From assembly GCA_030591685.1 (NCBI GenBank), contig JAUVAX010000001.1, positions 92,873-156,872 of the forward strand: 64,000 nucleotides of DNA, read 5' to 3'. A program made the position numbers and the translations under genes. This stretch comes from Pseudobdellovibrionaceae bacterium (GTDB lineage Bacteria; Bdellovibrionota; Bdellovibrionia; Bdellovibrionales; UBA1609). Positions 1 to 9,451 of the stretch are shown here, in pieces; within the stretch, counting starts at the first letter, position 1; each line of letters starts with the position of its first letter. The notes under the pieces were generated by a model. It ran no database searches, was not told where the DNA came from, and worked only from the letters and a program-made list of their open reading frames with translations.

Positions 1-3000
1 TAAAATTGTGTCTCCAAAAAAATATTTCGATTTTTCAATATTAAAATCAATTCCATTAGACCAACTCATCATTAAAAACATGAATATTATAGCTAGTGAT
101 AACCGTCACGGGCTCTCCTTAAAAGTAACTGGACTCAGAATTAAAGTTGAAAATCAGCTCAAGGCACTTTACACAGAGATTAATATCCCTAAGTTAACAC
201 TCAAAAGAAATAAATATCCAGCCCTTGCTGATTTATACATTGATACACAATTCTTATTAACCCCTAATTCTATTAAAATTGCAGGGTTAAAAATAAAAAA
301 GAAAAAATCATATGTGGTAGCAACAGGCGAGATTAATGCAAATGTCGCTGAACTTAAGTATAATAAATCAATAATAAAAACTAGAATGAATGTAAACCTT
401 CGAGAAATCACTCAATTTTCACATTATTTTTTCAAAGAACTCATGCTGCCCAATTTAACAGGGCATGCTTATTTGGATACTAATTTTTCACACTCTAAAG
501 GAGAAAAGCTCACTTCTAATTTCAAGTTAAAAACAAAAAAATTAAATATTAATCAGTTTGTGATTGGCAACATCACCCTTGAAGGGCACACCACTCCTAG
601 TGATATATTGCTGAAAAATGCTATGCTTGAGAACAATTCAGGTAAAATCACCTCTACCCCAATACAAATACCCCTCTCGGGCGCAGCAAGCTTTAAAACG
701 TCTATTAAGATACATGACCTTGAGCTGAGCCAATTATTAAAAAACCTCGACCTAAAAAGGCCACCTCTTAGATTAAATACACAAGGGGAGCTCAACTGTA
801 AAATCACTATTAAGCCTAAATTCAAAGTCAACTGCAACAAATCACGTTTGAAAATATCTCACTTTCATCTGTTTAGTGACAAACAACATATGCAAGAAAG
901 TACCATTGTAGACCTTAGCGATGTGACTCTAAATGGCGGAGTTACCGTAGACAGTAATAAGGTCACCTATTCATCCTCTATTAAAATAAAAAACTCTACA
1001 GGCTCTTCAAAGGGGACCATTTCCTATCAAAAGGGTTTTTATATCACTTATAAAACGGCTCAACCGGGGCTCGCCTTTGACGACATAAATAACCTGGTCC
1101 ATCTTAACTTAGGTGGGACGGCCATGGTTACAGGCTCTACAGCTGGAACGAGTAAATACGCCACCATAAACATGAGGATTAGAGCCAAAGATTTTCTTTT
1201 CCAGGACTTTAAAATGGGCAAGGTCAGCACTGATTTGAAATACAAATCAGGAACGCTATATTTTAAAAAAATTGTGGGCAAGTACAAACAAAATCGATAT
1301 TTTTCAGATTTAAATATAAATCTCACCAAAAGCCGCATCTACTTAAAAGGTCGCTCTGAGTATTTTAACATTCAAGACACTCAGGAAATGCTCATTAAGC
1401 ACCTCAAGATCCCCTTTGACTTCACCGGAAGCGGGCAGATGGATATAGTCCTCAATAGTCCTCTTAATTTAAAAAAACTAAATTATGACCTGAATTTCAA
1501 TTTATTTCGTGGAACTCTTGCCAAAGAAAACTATGATGAAATAAAGGGGCACATAAATAGCAAGAACGGAAAGGTCACAACTAATAATATCACTCTTAAT
1601 AAGTCCAACTCCACGATTAGCCTAAAGGGGTCTGTTTTACCTGACACAAGTACAAATATAGACATATCTGCAAGAAATTTTAGAATTGAAGAGTCCAAGC
1701 ATATTTCTAACTATGGGCTTAATTTAACTGGACAAATAGATTTAGACACAAAAATGACGGGCCCCCTTAATAGTCCCAATTTATTAATTAATGGGCGCCT
1801 AAGCAAGGTGCTTATTGCTGAGTACCCACAAAGGTCTTCAGCTTTTTCATTAAACATTAACAAACAGTTTGTCTCCGGCAGAGGAGCTCTCTTTGGAAAT
1901 ACACTAACGACAGACTTCAAATTCCCAATATCAAAAAATGAAAACTTTAAATTCGTATTAATAACTAAAAATTGGGACTTTATTAAACTATTTAATTTAT
2001 TTGCAAAAAAAGATATACAAAAAAAATATCATACTCGTTTAAACTTACATGCAGACCTCAAAAGCAAACGAGGCGGGCTCTGGAACAGCACCGGGGCCGT
2101 AACTGTCAACAGCTTTAACATTGAACGAGGGTCTATTAAAATGTCCTCCAAAAATTCACCGCAAATCTTGTTTAATAAGGGGAAAATATCTACGCATAAT
2201 TTCAAAGTAACCGGGGAGAACACATTTGCTGAACTTGTCTCTAAAAACACGGTAAAAAATAATCTTAACCTAGAGCTCACAGGCAAAATCAATCTCGGCT
2301 TGGCAGCCATACTCACCCCGCTTGAAGACTTATCAGGACTTGCAAATGCTAAAATTAAAATTACAGGCAAATCTACTCAGCCCAAATTTATGGGTTCAGC
2401 ATACATACATAACACTACCGTTAAAATTAAAGATTTCCCCCACTCTTTTACAGAGCTGAGTGCGGACATCCTGTTCAACGATGACAAGGCTTATTTAAAT
2501 GCCGCAAAAGCAAAATTTGCAAATGGAGACGCACGAGCCTCCGGTAAAATTATCTTCAGTAGTCTCGATAATATACAAGTGGATGCTCGAGGCGACTTTG
2601 AGAATGTCTCACTAAATTTTCCTAAAAATATTATAACTCACGGCTCAGGCACACTATATCTAACAGGCCACTGGTTTCCTTATGAACTCGGTGGAATATA
2701 TAATATAACTGGAGGTGAGTTTAAGGCCGAATTCACAGACGCAAACAGCTCTAGTATAACAATTGCTCCCAGCCGGTTTTTGCCTAAATTTCTTGTTAAA
2801 AAGGGGTTCGAACCACTAAGTCTAAATCTAAATATTGAAATGCTTAAGCCAATACACATCAGGAACTCTCAAATGACAGCGCCAATACAAGGTCAGTTAG
2901 CTGTTACAGGCACTCCAACAAACCCTATTTTAAACGGCCAGCTCTTATTTAAAAAAGGTGGGCAAATTGCTTTTAGAAAAAACAGCTTTGAATTACAAAG

Positions 3001-3589
3001 AGGAAACGTAGAGTTTAAAAATTCATCACCAGACAATCCAAACCTTTTTATTGCGGCCTTAACTCAAATAGAAAGTAACGACATTAATTATGATATCAGC
3101 CTACTTATGCAGGGCTCCGGTAAAAACCCAAAAATGAACCTCATAAGCTCTCCCCCACTCTCTGAAGTTGACCTCGTTACGCTACTGGCCTTAGGCATTA
3201 CTACAACTGAACTTGAAAAGACAAACTCACAAGAGCAGGCCACTCAAACCTCATATCAAATTGGGTCAGCTCTTCTCGCAAGTCCAATAGGCAAGCAATT
3301 TAAAAAGAGGTTTGGGTTAGACGTACAAATATCAAGTGATTTTGAAGAGCAAGTTGCAGTACCTAAAGTAACTTTAAAAAAGCAGTTTACACCAAAGCTA
3401 AGCGGCGCTGCCAGTCAAACACTCGGGGATAAACCTAAATTTAATGCTAAGGCTCAGTATAAATTTGATAATAACTGGTCTGTCATTGGTTTTTATGACT
3501 CTACTGAGGAAACTGACGACAGCGATAACACCACAAAAGATAACGACTCAATTGGCATCGACCTTGAGTATCGTTTTAAGTTTAAGTAG
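1..3589 (+). CDS. tamB: Translocation and assembly module TamB/AsmA-like protein (C-terminal DUF490-type region); probably 5'-truncated by the window edge
   Basis: Frame is open from the window start (ORF track 8..3589). Long beta-rich repetitive protein with a TamB-like C-terminus (G..P.L.G, L.S.P.LSE.D..TLLALG, D..YRF.F end), directly upstream of an Omp85 gene. Confidence 0.85.
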   Translation, partial: KIVSPKKYFDFSILKSIPLDQLIIKNMNIIASDNRHGLSLKVTGLRIKVENQLKALYTEINIPKLTLKRNKYPALADLYIDTQFLLTPNSIKIAGLKIKKKKSYVVATGEINANVAELKYNKSIIKTRMNVNLREITQFSHYFFKELMLPNLTGHAYLDTNFSHSKGEKLTSNFKLKTKKLNINQFVIGNITLEGHTTPSDILLKNAMLENNSGKITSTPIQIPLSGAASFKTSIKIHDLELSQLLKNLDLKRPPLRLNTQGELNCKITIKPKFKVNCNKSRLKISHFHLFSDKQHMQESTIVDLSDVTLNGGVTVDSNKVTYSSSIKIKNSTGSSKGTISYQKGFYITYKTAQPGLAFDDINNLVHLNLGGTAMVTGSTAGTSKYATINMRIRAKDFLFQDFKMGKVSTDLKYKSGTLYFKKIVGKYKQNRYFSDLNINLTKSRIYLKGRSEYFNIQDTQEMLIKHLKIPFDFTGSGQMDIVLNSPLNLKKLNYDLNFNLFRGTLAKENYDEIKGHINSKNGKVTTNNITLNKSNSTISLKGSVLPDTSTNIDISARNFRIEESKHISNYGLNLTGQIDLDTKMTGPLNSPNLLINGRLSKVLIAEYPQRSSAFSLNINKQFVSGRGALFGNTLTTDFKFPISKNENFKFVLITKNWDFIKLFNLFAKKDIQKKYHTRLNLHADLKSKRGGLWNSTGAVTVNSFNIERGSIKMSSKNSPQILFNKGKISTHNFKVTGENTFAELVSKNTVKNNLNLELTGKINLGLAAILTPLEDLSGLANAKIKITGKSTQPKFMGSAYIHNTTVKIKDFPHSFTELSADILFNDDKAYLNAAKAKFANGDARASGKIIFSSLDNIQVDARGDFENVSLNFPKNIITHGSGTLYLTGHWFPYELGGIYNITGGEFKAEFTDANSSSITIAPSRFLPKFLVKKGFEPLSLNLNIEMLKPIHIRNSQMTAPIQGQLAVTGTPTNPILNGQLLFKKGGQIAFRKNSFELQRGNVEFKNSSPDNPNLFIAALTQIESNDINYDISLLMQGSGKNPKMNLISSPPLSEVDLVTLLALGITTTELEKTNSQEQATQTSYQIGSALLASPIGKQFKKRFGLDVQISSDFEEQVAVPKVTLKKQFTPKLSGAASQTLGDKPKFNAKAQYKFDNNWSVIGFYDSTEETDDSDNTTKDNDSIGIDLEYRFKFK

Positions 3590-3596
3590 GTAAATA

Positions 3597-6383
3597 GTGA
3601 AACTTTTTGGAAATATAATCATACTCTTGTTACTCGGATCACATCCAGCACTGTCGTACCAAATACAATTTGAAAACATCAAACCTAAATTAACAAGTTC
3701 ACTTGAGGCCGAAAACCCTAAACTTTTTTCGGGGAGCGCTAACCTTAAAGACGTTGACGATGCGATTAGAAAGATAATGACATCTCGACTCTATTCTCGT
3801 GTAGTTGCCACAAAATCATCAGATAACATTATAAACATTAAGGCTCATATTATAAGAATATTCTCTTCAATTAATTTTACCGGAAACAACGTGTTCTCTA
3901 GTTCAAACCTCTCAAGCATCATCTCCATTTCTAAATCTCAAATTTTTGATAGGGTTAAAATTGAAAACTCAAGGCGAATAATCTTAAATCATTATAAAAA
4001 CAGCGGCTTTCTTAAAACTAAAGTTTCAACTTCAATTAAATTTAATACGCCGGGGAATACTCAAGTTATATATACAATTGTTGAGGGTCCCTCTAGCAAA
4101 TTATCAAAAATTAAAATCAATACAAAAAACACCTACCTTGAAAGAATATTATTAAAAAAAGTTCGAAATTTTATCAATAAGCGACTCACCTCAACACTTC
4201 AGAATGAAATCAAATCCATTATCAGTGACTATTTATCAGAAAATAGATATTTTTTAGCCCGAATTAGTGCTCCCTTAATTTCATTAAGTAAAGATCAAGA
4301 GTCTGCTGAAATTAGTTTCGATGTATCAAGTTCAAAGAAGTACGAGATACTTTTGTTTGGTAACACTTCTTTTTCAACACTAGAGCTTTCAAGAATACTT
4401 AAATTCAGCACCTTTGAAAAGGGCTCGGACCCCCTCCCTTACATTCAAAAAATCCTCACTAACCACTACCTCAACTCTGGTTATGCAAATGTTGAAATAT
4501 CTATCACCCCCTTAGAGAAGAAAAACCCTCACTCTATTTGGCTAAAGGTCTCCATAAAGGAAAGTAAAAAAATATTTATAAGTGACATTATTTTCAAAGG
4601 ACGATTTTCTAAAAGCACTAAATATTATATTGATTTTTTACGTAAAAATAGTTCACAAATTATATCTAAATCTTTTTATAATAAAATTGATTTTGATTTT
4701 GGGCTAACTAACCTTATAACTCATCTACAGAACTTGGGTTTTGTGCATGCAAAAGTGTCCTCCGTTCGTGTCAAAAAAAATAAATCTGGTTCAGAATTAA
4801 CAATTAGTGTCTATTTAGAGGAAGGTCCCTTAACTCTCATAAATAAAATTAACTTCATTGGGAACAACTCTTTTAATTCAGAGACACTTATTGATACTTT
4901 TGGTCTCAAGAAGGGCTCTCCGCTGAACTCAGAAATTATCACACAGGGTTTAGAAAAAATAAAAATGTATTATGATAATCATGGTCATATTGAAATGAAG
5001 ATTTTAAATAACAATCAGGACATAGTAAAGTACCTGCCCAACAACTCTTCAGCTAATTTATTAATTAAAATCTTTGAGGGGCCGTCGGTTACAATTAAGT
5101 CCATCATTATTGAAGGAAATGAAAAAACAAAAGACTATGTAATTTTAACGGAGATACCGTTGAAAAAAAACAGCCTTGTCACCTCAGAATTATTAAATGA
5201 AACTAGGCGGCGATTAAATAATTTAGGCGTTTTTAACCTCGTTCAGGTCAGCACTCTAGAAAGAAATACTAAACTCTCTGATCGAACATTAATTGTTTCT
5301 CTCGCTGAGCGAGACCCCGGGCTTGTTCGAATAGGGCTTGGTGTCACTGATGAGCACAAGCTTACGGTTCGTGGATTTACAGGGGTCTCTTACAATAATA
5401 TTTCGGGGCATGCACGTGCTGCCAGCCTAAGAGCTGATTTAATGAGTCATGTTGAGCTCTTTGATCGGCCTACTTACAAGGTTACTTTTGATTACCTAGA
5501 GCCCTTTTTATTAAGTTCTCGAACTCGTGGACGCTTAAATATAACCGTAAAAGAACTTTTGAAAATCGCAGACAATGCCACCGATCCAGATCTTGTTGAT
5601 CGCTCTAACCAAATATCACTGACTTTAGAGCGCGACCTAATAAATCACATTAACCTTACATGGACTATGTACAAGCTCGATACCCGTGAACAATTTGATA
5701 TAAACACCTTAACACCAAAATCTAATCGTGACCAAATTGCAACTATGGGGCCCGCTATAACTTTTGACAATAGAGACAACCCCTTTTTACCATCAAAGGG
5801 ATACTATGCACGTTGGTTTTCTGATTACTCAAGTCCAAATATCGGCAGCTCTGAAAAGGTAAAGTTCTACAGAACAAACATAAGTATTACAAATTACAGA
5901 AAAATTGAAGAAGGTTCTAATGTGATCTGGGCAAATAGTATAAGGGGGGGGTACTTAGAAAATCTGAGTGATTTATCTGGCTCGTCCGTACCAAAGTCTT
6001 ATGCATTTGCACTAGGGGGCAGGTCTACAATTAGAGGTTTTGATGCCGGAAGCCAAAACGACCGACTCTTGCCTGACATTGAGCTTCCTGACGTAGTCGG
6101 GCAACCTTATATAGAAAACTCTCAAAGCTATTATTTATATAAAACAGAGCTTCGTTTCTCATTATATAAAAATTTTGGGGCCGTATTATTTTATGATGCT
6201 GGGGCTTTATTTGCTAAAGGCGTGACTCAGAAAAAGCCCTTTAGACAGTCGGCAGGCTTCGGGTTTAGATATAATACTCCCTTTGGGCCCGTAAATTTTG
6301 AGTTTGCATTTAAACTTGATCGTATCCCAGAGTATACAGAGGAGGACCCTTTTAGGTTTCACTTCTCAATAGGTAGCTTCTGA
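3597..6383 (+). CDS. Omp85 family outer-membrane assembly protein (TamA/BamA-like, multiple POTRA domains)
   Basis: Signal peptide, repeated POTRA-like segments (I.F.GN..FS...L; Y...G....V..EG), GGRSTIRGF motif, C-terminal GFGFRYNTPFGP...FHFSIGSF. Confidence 0.9.
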   Translation: MKLFGNIIILLLLGSHPALSYQIQFENIKPKLTSSLEAENPKLFSGSANLKDVDDAIRKIMTSRLYSRVVATKSSDNIINIKAHIIRIFSSINFTGNNVFSSSNLSSIISISKSQIFDRVKIENSRRIILNHYKNSGFLKTKVSTSIKFNTPGNTQVIYTIVEGPSSKLSKIKINTKNTYLERILLKKVRNFINKRLTSTLQNEIKSIISDYLSENRYFLARISAPLISLSKDQESAEISFDVSSSKKYEILLFGNTSFSTLELSRILKFSTFEKGSDPLPYIQKILTNHYLNSGYANVEISITPLEKKNPHSIWLKVSIKESKKIFISDIIFKGRFSKSTKYYIDFLRKNSSQIISKSFYNKIDFDFGLTNLITHLQNLGFVHAKVSSVRVKKNKSGSELTISVYLEEGPLTLINKINFIGNNSFNSETLIDTFGLKKGSPLNSEIITQGLEKIKMYYDNHGHIEMKILNNNQDIVKYLPNNSSANLLIKIFEGPSVTIKSIIIEGNEKTKDYVILTEIPLKKNSLVTSELLNETRRRLNNLGVFNLVQVSTLERNTKLSDRTLIVSLAERDPGLVRIGLGVTDEHKLTVRGFTGVSYNNISGHARAASLRADLMSHVELFDRPTYKVTFDYLEPFLLSSRTRGRLNITVKELLKIADNATDPDLVDRSNQISLTLERDLINHINLTWTMYKLDTREQFDINTLTPKSNRDQIATMGPAITFDNRDNPFLPSKGYYARWFSDYSSPNIGSSEKVKFYRTNISITNYRKIEEGSNVIWANSIRGGYLENLSDLSGSSVPKSYAFALGGRSTIRGFDAGSQNDRLLPDIELPDVVGQPYIENSQSYYLYKTELRFSLYKNFGAVLFYDAGALFAKGVTQKKPFRQSAGFGFRYNTPFGPVNFEFAFKLDRIPEYTEEDPFRFHFSIGSF

Positions 6384-6521
6384 TAACACACCCTTATAGA
6401 AAATATTACTTACTCTTGAAACAATTTATGTCACTCCCTTAGTTCTTATGAACTTGAAACTCTAATCAAACGCAAAATCAAGTACTTAAGCTTTGTTTTA
6501 GCTAGTAATTACGCCTATTTT

Positions 6522-6537
6522 TGGCATCAACCTTGCT
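6522..6537 (+). promoter_or_regulatory. sigma54 (-24/-12) promoter candidate
   Basis: TGGCAT-CAACC-TTGCT (GG-N10-GC), 32 nt upstream of the ATG at 6570. Confidence 0.65.
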
Positions 6538-6569
6538 CTGTAGTAGCTTATAACAATAAGAGGTAAGGT

Positions 6570-7058
6570 ATGAAAATTAAAATGAAAGCATCCACATTGA
6601 CATTATTTAAGGTTACTAATTTTGGGCTTATTCTTACGTTAGTCATTTTAGTGTCTGCATGCTCAACATTAAAAACAATGAAACCGACTAAAGACAAAAC
6701 GGCTGTATTAACTACATCCACAGGTGGCCGAGTTGAAATTAGTGATTTAAACTCTAAAAAACAGCCCGCAAAAATCAAACATGTAATATTTAACAAGAGA
6801 ACGCGACTTTGCAAAAAAAATCCTAAATCTGAAAACCTTGCCATAAAGCAAGAGGAGTTAGACCTAGAGCTCTCCTTTATGATTAATAGCCTCAGTAATC
6901 AAGAGCTTACAGTCTCAAAAAAAGGCTCTTCATACAGACTATTATCAAAAAATATGATGACAAACCTCTACAACACTCCTAATTGCCCAAAGTTTCGGTA
7001 TAAACTTCATATTATAAGTAAGCTTTTAAAGGGCCATCAATTGGTCTCTATGCAGTAA
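6570..7058 (+). CDS. Hypothetical lipoprotein
   Basis: Basic N-terminus, hydrophobic stretch and lipobox-like VSAC; no family recognised. Confidence 0.6.
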   Translation: MKIKMKASTLTLFKVTNFGLILTLVILVSACSTLKTMKPTKDKTAVLTTSTGGRVEISDLNSKKQPAKIKHVIFNKRTRLCKKNPKSENLAIKQEELDLELSFMINSLSNQELTVSKKGSSYRLLSKNMMTNLYNTPNCPKFRYKLHIISKLLKGHQLVSMQ

Positions 7059-7145
7059 TGACATTGCTGTAAGTTAAAACTGTATTAAGAACTGATTATT
7101 ATATTCTTAAAATAATGAAATTTTTTTCTTTGCAGCCCCAAGGGC

Positions 7146-7174
7146 TTGCATTAGAACTATCTATCTCCTATTTT
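7146..7174 (+). promoter_or_regulatory. Possible sigma70 promoter of the peptide operon, overlapped by an imperfect inverted repeat
   Basis: TTGCAT-N17-TATTTT; TGCAGCCC-CAA-GGGCTTGCA (7131-7150) overlaps the -35. Confidence 0.35.
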
Positions 7175-7203
7175 TCTGGTTCATAAAACAAAAGGAGATC
7201 TAA

Positions 7204-7317
7204 ATGAAATCAAAAATAAAAAAAATTAATATAAAAGAGCTCGAACAGGAGCTCCTGCATTTAAATACTTATTCCACTTATGGTGTAAAATTAAATACGT
7301 GCACCTTTGATCGTTAA
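7204..7317 (+). CDS. 37-aa small peptide MKSKIKKINIKELEQELLHLNTYSTYGVKLNTCTFDR, putative RiPP-like precursor or signal peptide (not in ORF track)
   Basis: AAAGGAGA RBS at 7191-7198, ATG 7204, TAA 7315-7317 overlapping the AGGAGG RBS of the next gene; ELxxEL leader-like motif; Ser/Thr/Cys-containing C-half. Confidence 0.7.
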   Translation: MKSKIKKINIKELEQELLHLNTYSTYGVKLNTCTFDR

Positions 7318-7331
7318 GGAGGGTGCCGACA

Positions 7332-8381
7332 ATGATTGCTCGAAAAAATATTTTACAAAATGAATCACCTGAAGCTCATACTTACCCGTCTAGAGTGCAA
7401 AATGCCACTCTCTGGGAGAAGCTCTTTGTCAGTGAAAACAGTCCACTGCGAGAGCTCTTTCAGGAGTTCGAATTCAGCCGAAGGCTAAATCCATTTAGAT
7501 TGATGCACAAGGTAAAACATGAGACCTCTCTGGATGACAGTAATAAGGTTGAGTTTTCAGAAAAAGTACTCCCTAACAATAACCCCGTAAGCGTTGAAAG
7601 CTATCAGTCCGTAGGCGCCTACCTTGCCCTTTTTTCATGGTTTGGCGTGACCGATTTACATAAAAACAACATGATGTATAAAACAATTAATAGACACACT
7701 AAAATTACACCTCTCTCCATTGAATGCATATTTAATGATATTTACTTACCCTCGCAAACACTCTTAGCCCCAAAAAAGACTGATCAGAACAACCATTCAG
7801 GTTTTGATAAAATATTTGATCACTTGAAGTCAGAAGGTACGACTCAAGATATTTACTTATTTATTAAGGGGTATATTGAATACCTATTGTTCTTAAACAC
7901 AATAAAGCAGAGGATTTCTACACTTGTGAATTCAATTGAAAATGTTCATAACACTCCTATTAGAGTACTTGTTAAAAATGATAGCGTGTACTTAAAATTT
8001 TTTAAGGGGTATTTAATGACGGCGCAAGAATTTGAAAAAACTGAAGTTTTACAACTTAAGAAAAGCAAAATACCCTATTACTTTCATTACTTAAATGAGA
8101 ATAAAATCTACTTCTACAATACACTTGAAGAGCAGGAGCCCATACGTCAAAACTCTCCTATTCACAAATCCATACACAAACTCTCTAGAAGACAAGGCGT
8201 TATGCCTAGTCAAAATTCATATAGGAGCTTACTTGAGCGGGGAGCTTTGCAATTAGCTCGTTTACTGTTACCTAAAGATTATTCAGGTACTCTCGGAGAT
8301 AAGAATTTTAGTATAAATGCCCAACACAAAATAATCACAATCAAGTGCGCTGGTGAGTTTTATGTTGAATGTGAGTCTTAG
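7332..8381 (+). CDS. Stand-alone LanM N-terminal dehydratase-like (DUF4135-like) protein, catalytically degenerate, no cyclase domain
   Basis: GAYLALFSWFGVTDLHKNN, PLSIECIF, IRVLVKNDSVY and EVLQLKKSKIPYYF follow the LanM-N motif order (G.LLAL...DLH.EN, P.IDLE.LF, R...R.T..Y, E..DL..GDIPYF). ATG 7332 is best spaced from AGGAGG (track start GTG 7323). Confidence 0.7.
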   Translation: MIARKNILQNESPEAHTYPSRVQNATLWEKLFVSENSPLRELFQEFEFSRRLNPFRLMHKVKHETSLDDSNKVEFSEKVLPNNNPVSVESYQSVGAYLALFSWFGVTDLHKNNMMYKTINRHTKITPLSIECIFNDIYLPSQTLLAPKKTDQNNHSGFDKIFDHLKSEGTTQDIYLFIKGYIEYLLFLNTIKQRISTLVNSIENVHNTPIRVLVKNDSVYLKFFKGYLMTAQEFEKTEVLQLKKSKIPYYFHYLNENKIYFYNTLEEQEPIRQNSPIHKSIHKLSRRQGVMPSQNSYRSLLERGALQLARLLLPKDYSGTLGDKNFSINAQHKIITIKCAGEFYVECES

Positions 8382-9297
8382 AGTTAGGGTTTCCCATCCG
8401 CAAATAAGTGAATCAGATGACTATAAACTCCCTGTTATGTATTTATTTGATAATCTCATTCGAAATAAGCTCGCCATGGACTCAAAATATAATCTGGTCC
8501 AAGTTCTAAATTTAAAAAGCAAGTGTAGTTTTGACTGTTTTGCGTCGCTTTCAAATGAAGATGTTTATAAAGTACTCACGGGCCTCATTAACAACTCTTG
8601 TGAAGCTTGTGATCAGAGAAAGGGTTATATTCGCGTAAGAATAGAGGAGAAAAAACTTTTTATAAAAATTTTAATTATTGATAGCGGCACAGGAGTCCCC
8701 CATGAGATTCTTACTCGCTTAAACAACAAGAGCTTTTCTTACAAAAAAACTACTAGTACAGGATTTGGCTTAGGTTACTCTCAAAAAATATTACGAAGCG
8801 TGGGTGGGGACGTTATTTTGAAATCAAGAGCTCATAGGGGTACTATTACTGAAGTTACAATACCTAAAGGCCCAGCCCCCAGTTATCTGGCTACAAGTAT
8901 TGATATCAATGTACCAAATATTGTTATTATTGATGAGGGTCTCGACACAAGAAATGACTGGATGTCTCGGCTTCATAATGTCCCAGGGTCTAATGCTCTG
9001 AGTTTTACTTATTTCGAAAGTCTTAATCAACTTGAGCCTTTTTTGCATCACTATGCAGAGCAAGTCGATCAGTGTTTATTTTTAATAGATTTTTCTCATG
9101 GAGATCAAAATTGCCTAGAGTTTATTACTAAAAATAAACTTAAATCAGGATCACTCCTGGTGTCTAGAGGCTATGAACACCCTGAATGCATTAGAGCGGT
9201 CACCGAACTTGGGTTGAAAATATTGCCTAAGGTGTTAATCCCGTATATACCGATCAAATATGGCTCTGATGTTAGTGTACCGACCGTTGCTTTGTAA
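8353..9297 (+). CDS. GHKL (HATPase_c) ATPase fused to a C-terminal receiver-like domain; no HisKA or sensor domain seen
   Basis: N-box LINNS, G1 IIDSGTG, G2 GFGLG, then IVIIDE...FLID...LLVS...ILPK receiver pattern; overlaps the end of the upstream gene; exact start uncertain. Confidence 0.7.
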   Translation: MSFMLNVSLRVRVSHPQISESDDYKLPVMYLFDNLIRNKLAMDSKYNLVQVLNLKSKCSFDCFASLSNEDVYKVLTGLINNSCEACDQRKGYIRVRIEEKKLFIKILIIDSGTGVPHEILTRLNNKSFSYKKTTSTGFGLGYSQKILRSVGGDVILKSRAHRGTITEVTIPKGPAPSYLATSIDINVPNIVIIDEGLDTRNDWMSRLHNVPGSNALSFTYFESLNQLEPFLHHYAEQVDQCLFLIDFSHGDQNCLEFITKNKLKSGSLLVSRGYEHPECIRAVTELGLKILPKVLIPYIPIKYGSDVSVPTVAL

Positions 9298-9451
9298 AAT
9301 TTCCTAAAAACTAAACTTTGACCCATGTTTAAAAAGTAAATTTGTTGTTTTTACGTCTGATTATTCATAGACGCTCTTACTTTCTTTACTTATTTTTTTT
9401 CATATGCTTTAAATCTAACTGAAAAAGCAATTAATACTGTAAGGAATAAAT

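Noticed and set aside
169..2370. Short antisense ORFs inside tamB (and similar ones inside other long genes, e.g. 42656-43225)
   Set aside because: Shadow ORFs opposite well-supported genes, with no motifs or RBS.
7131..7150. sigma54 promoter for the peptide gene
   Set aside because: TTGCA is present but the -24 position is CC, not GG; kept only as an inverted repeat and possible sigma70 -35.
7204..8381. Conventional class II lanthipeptide biosynthetic cluster
   Set aside because: No LanC-like cyclase, LanT/peptidase or immunity genes, and several dehydratase catalytic residues appear substituted.
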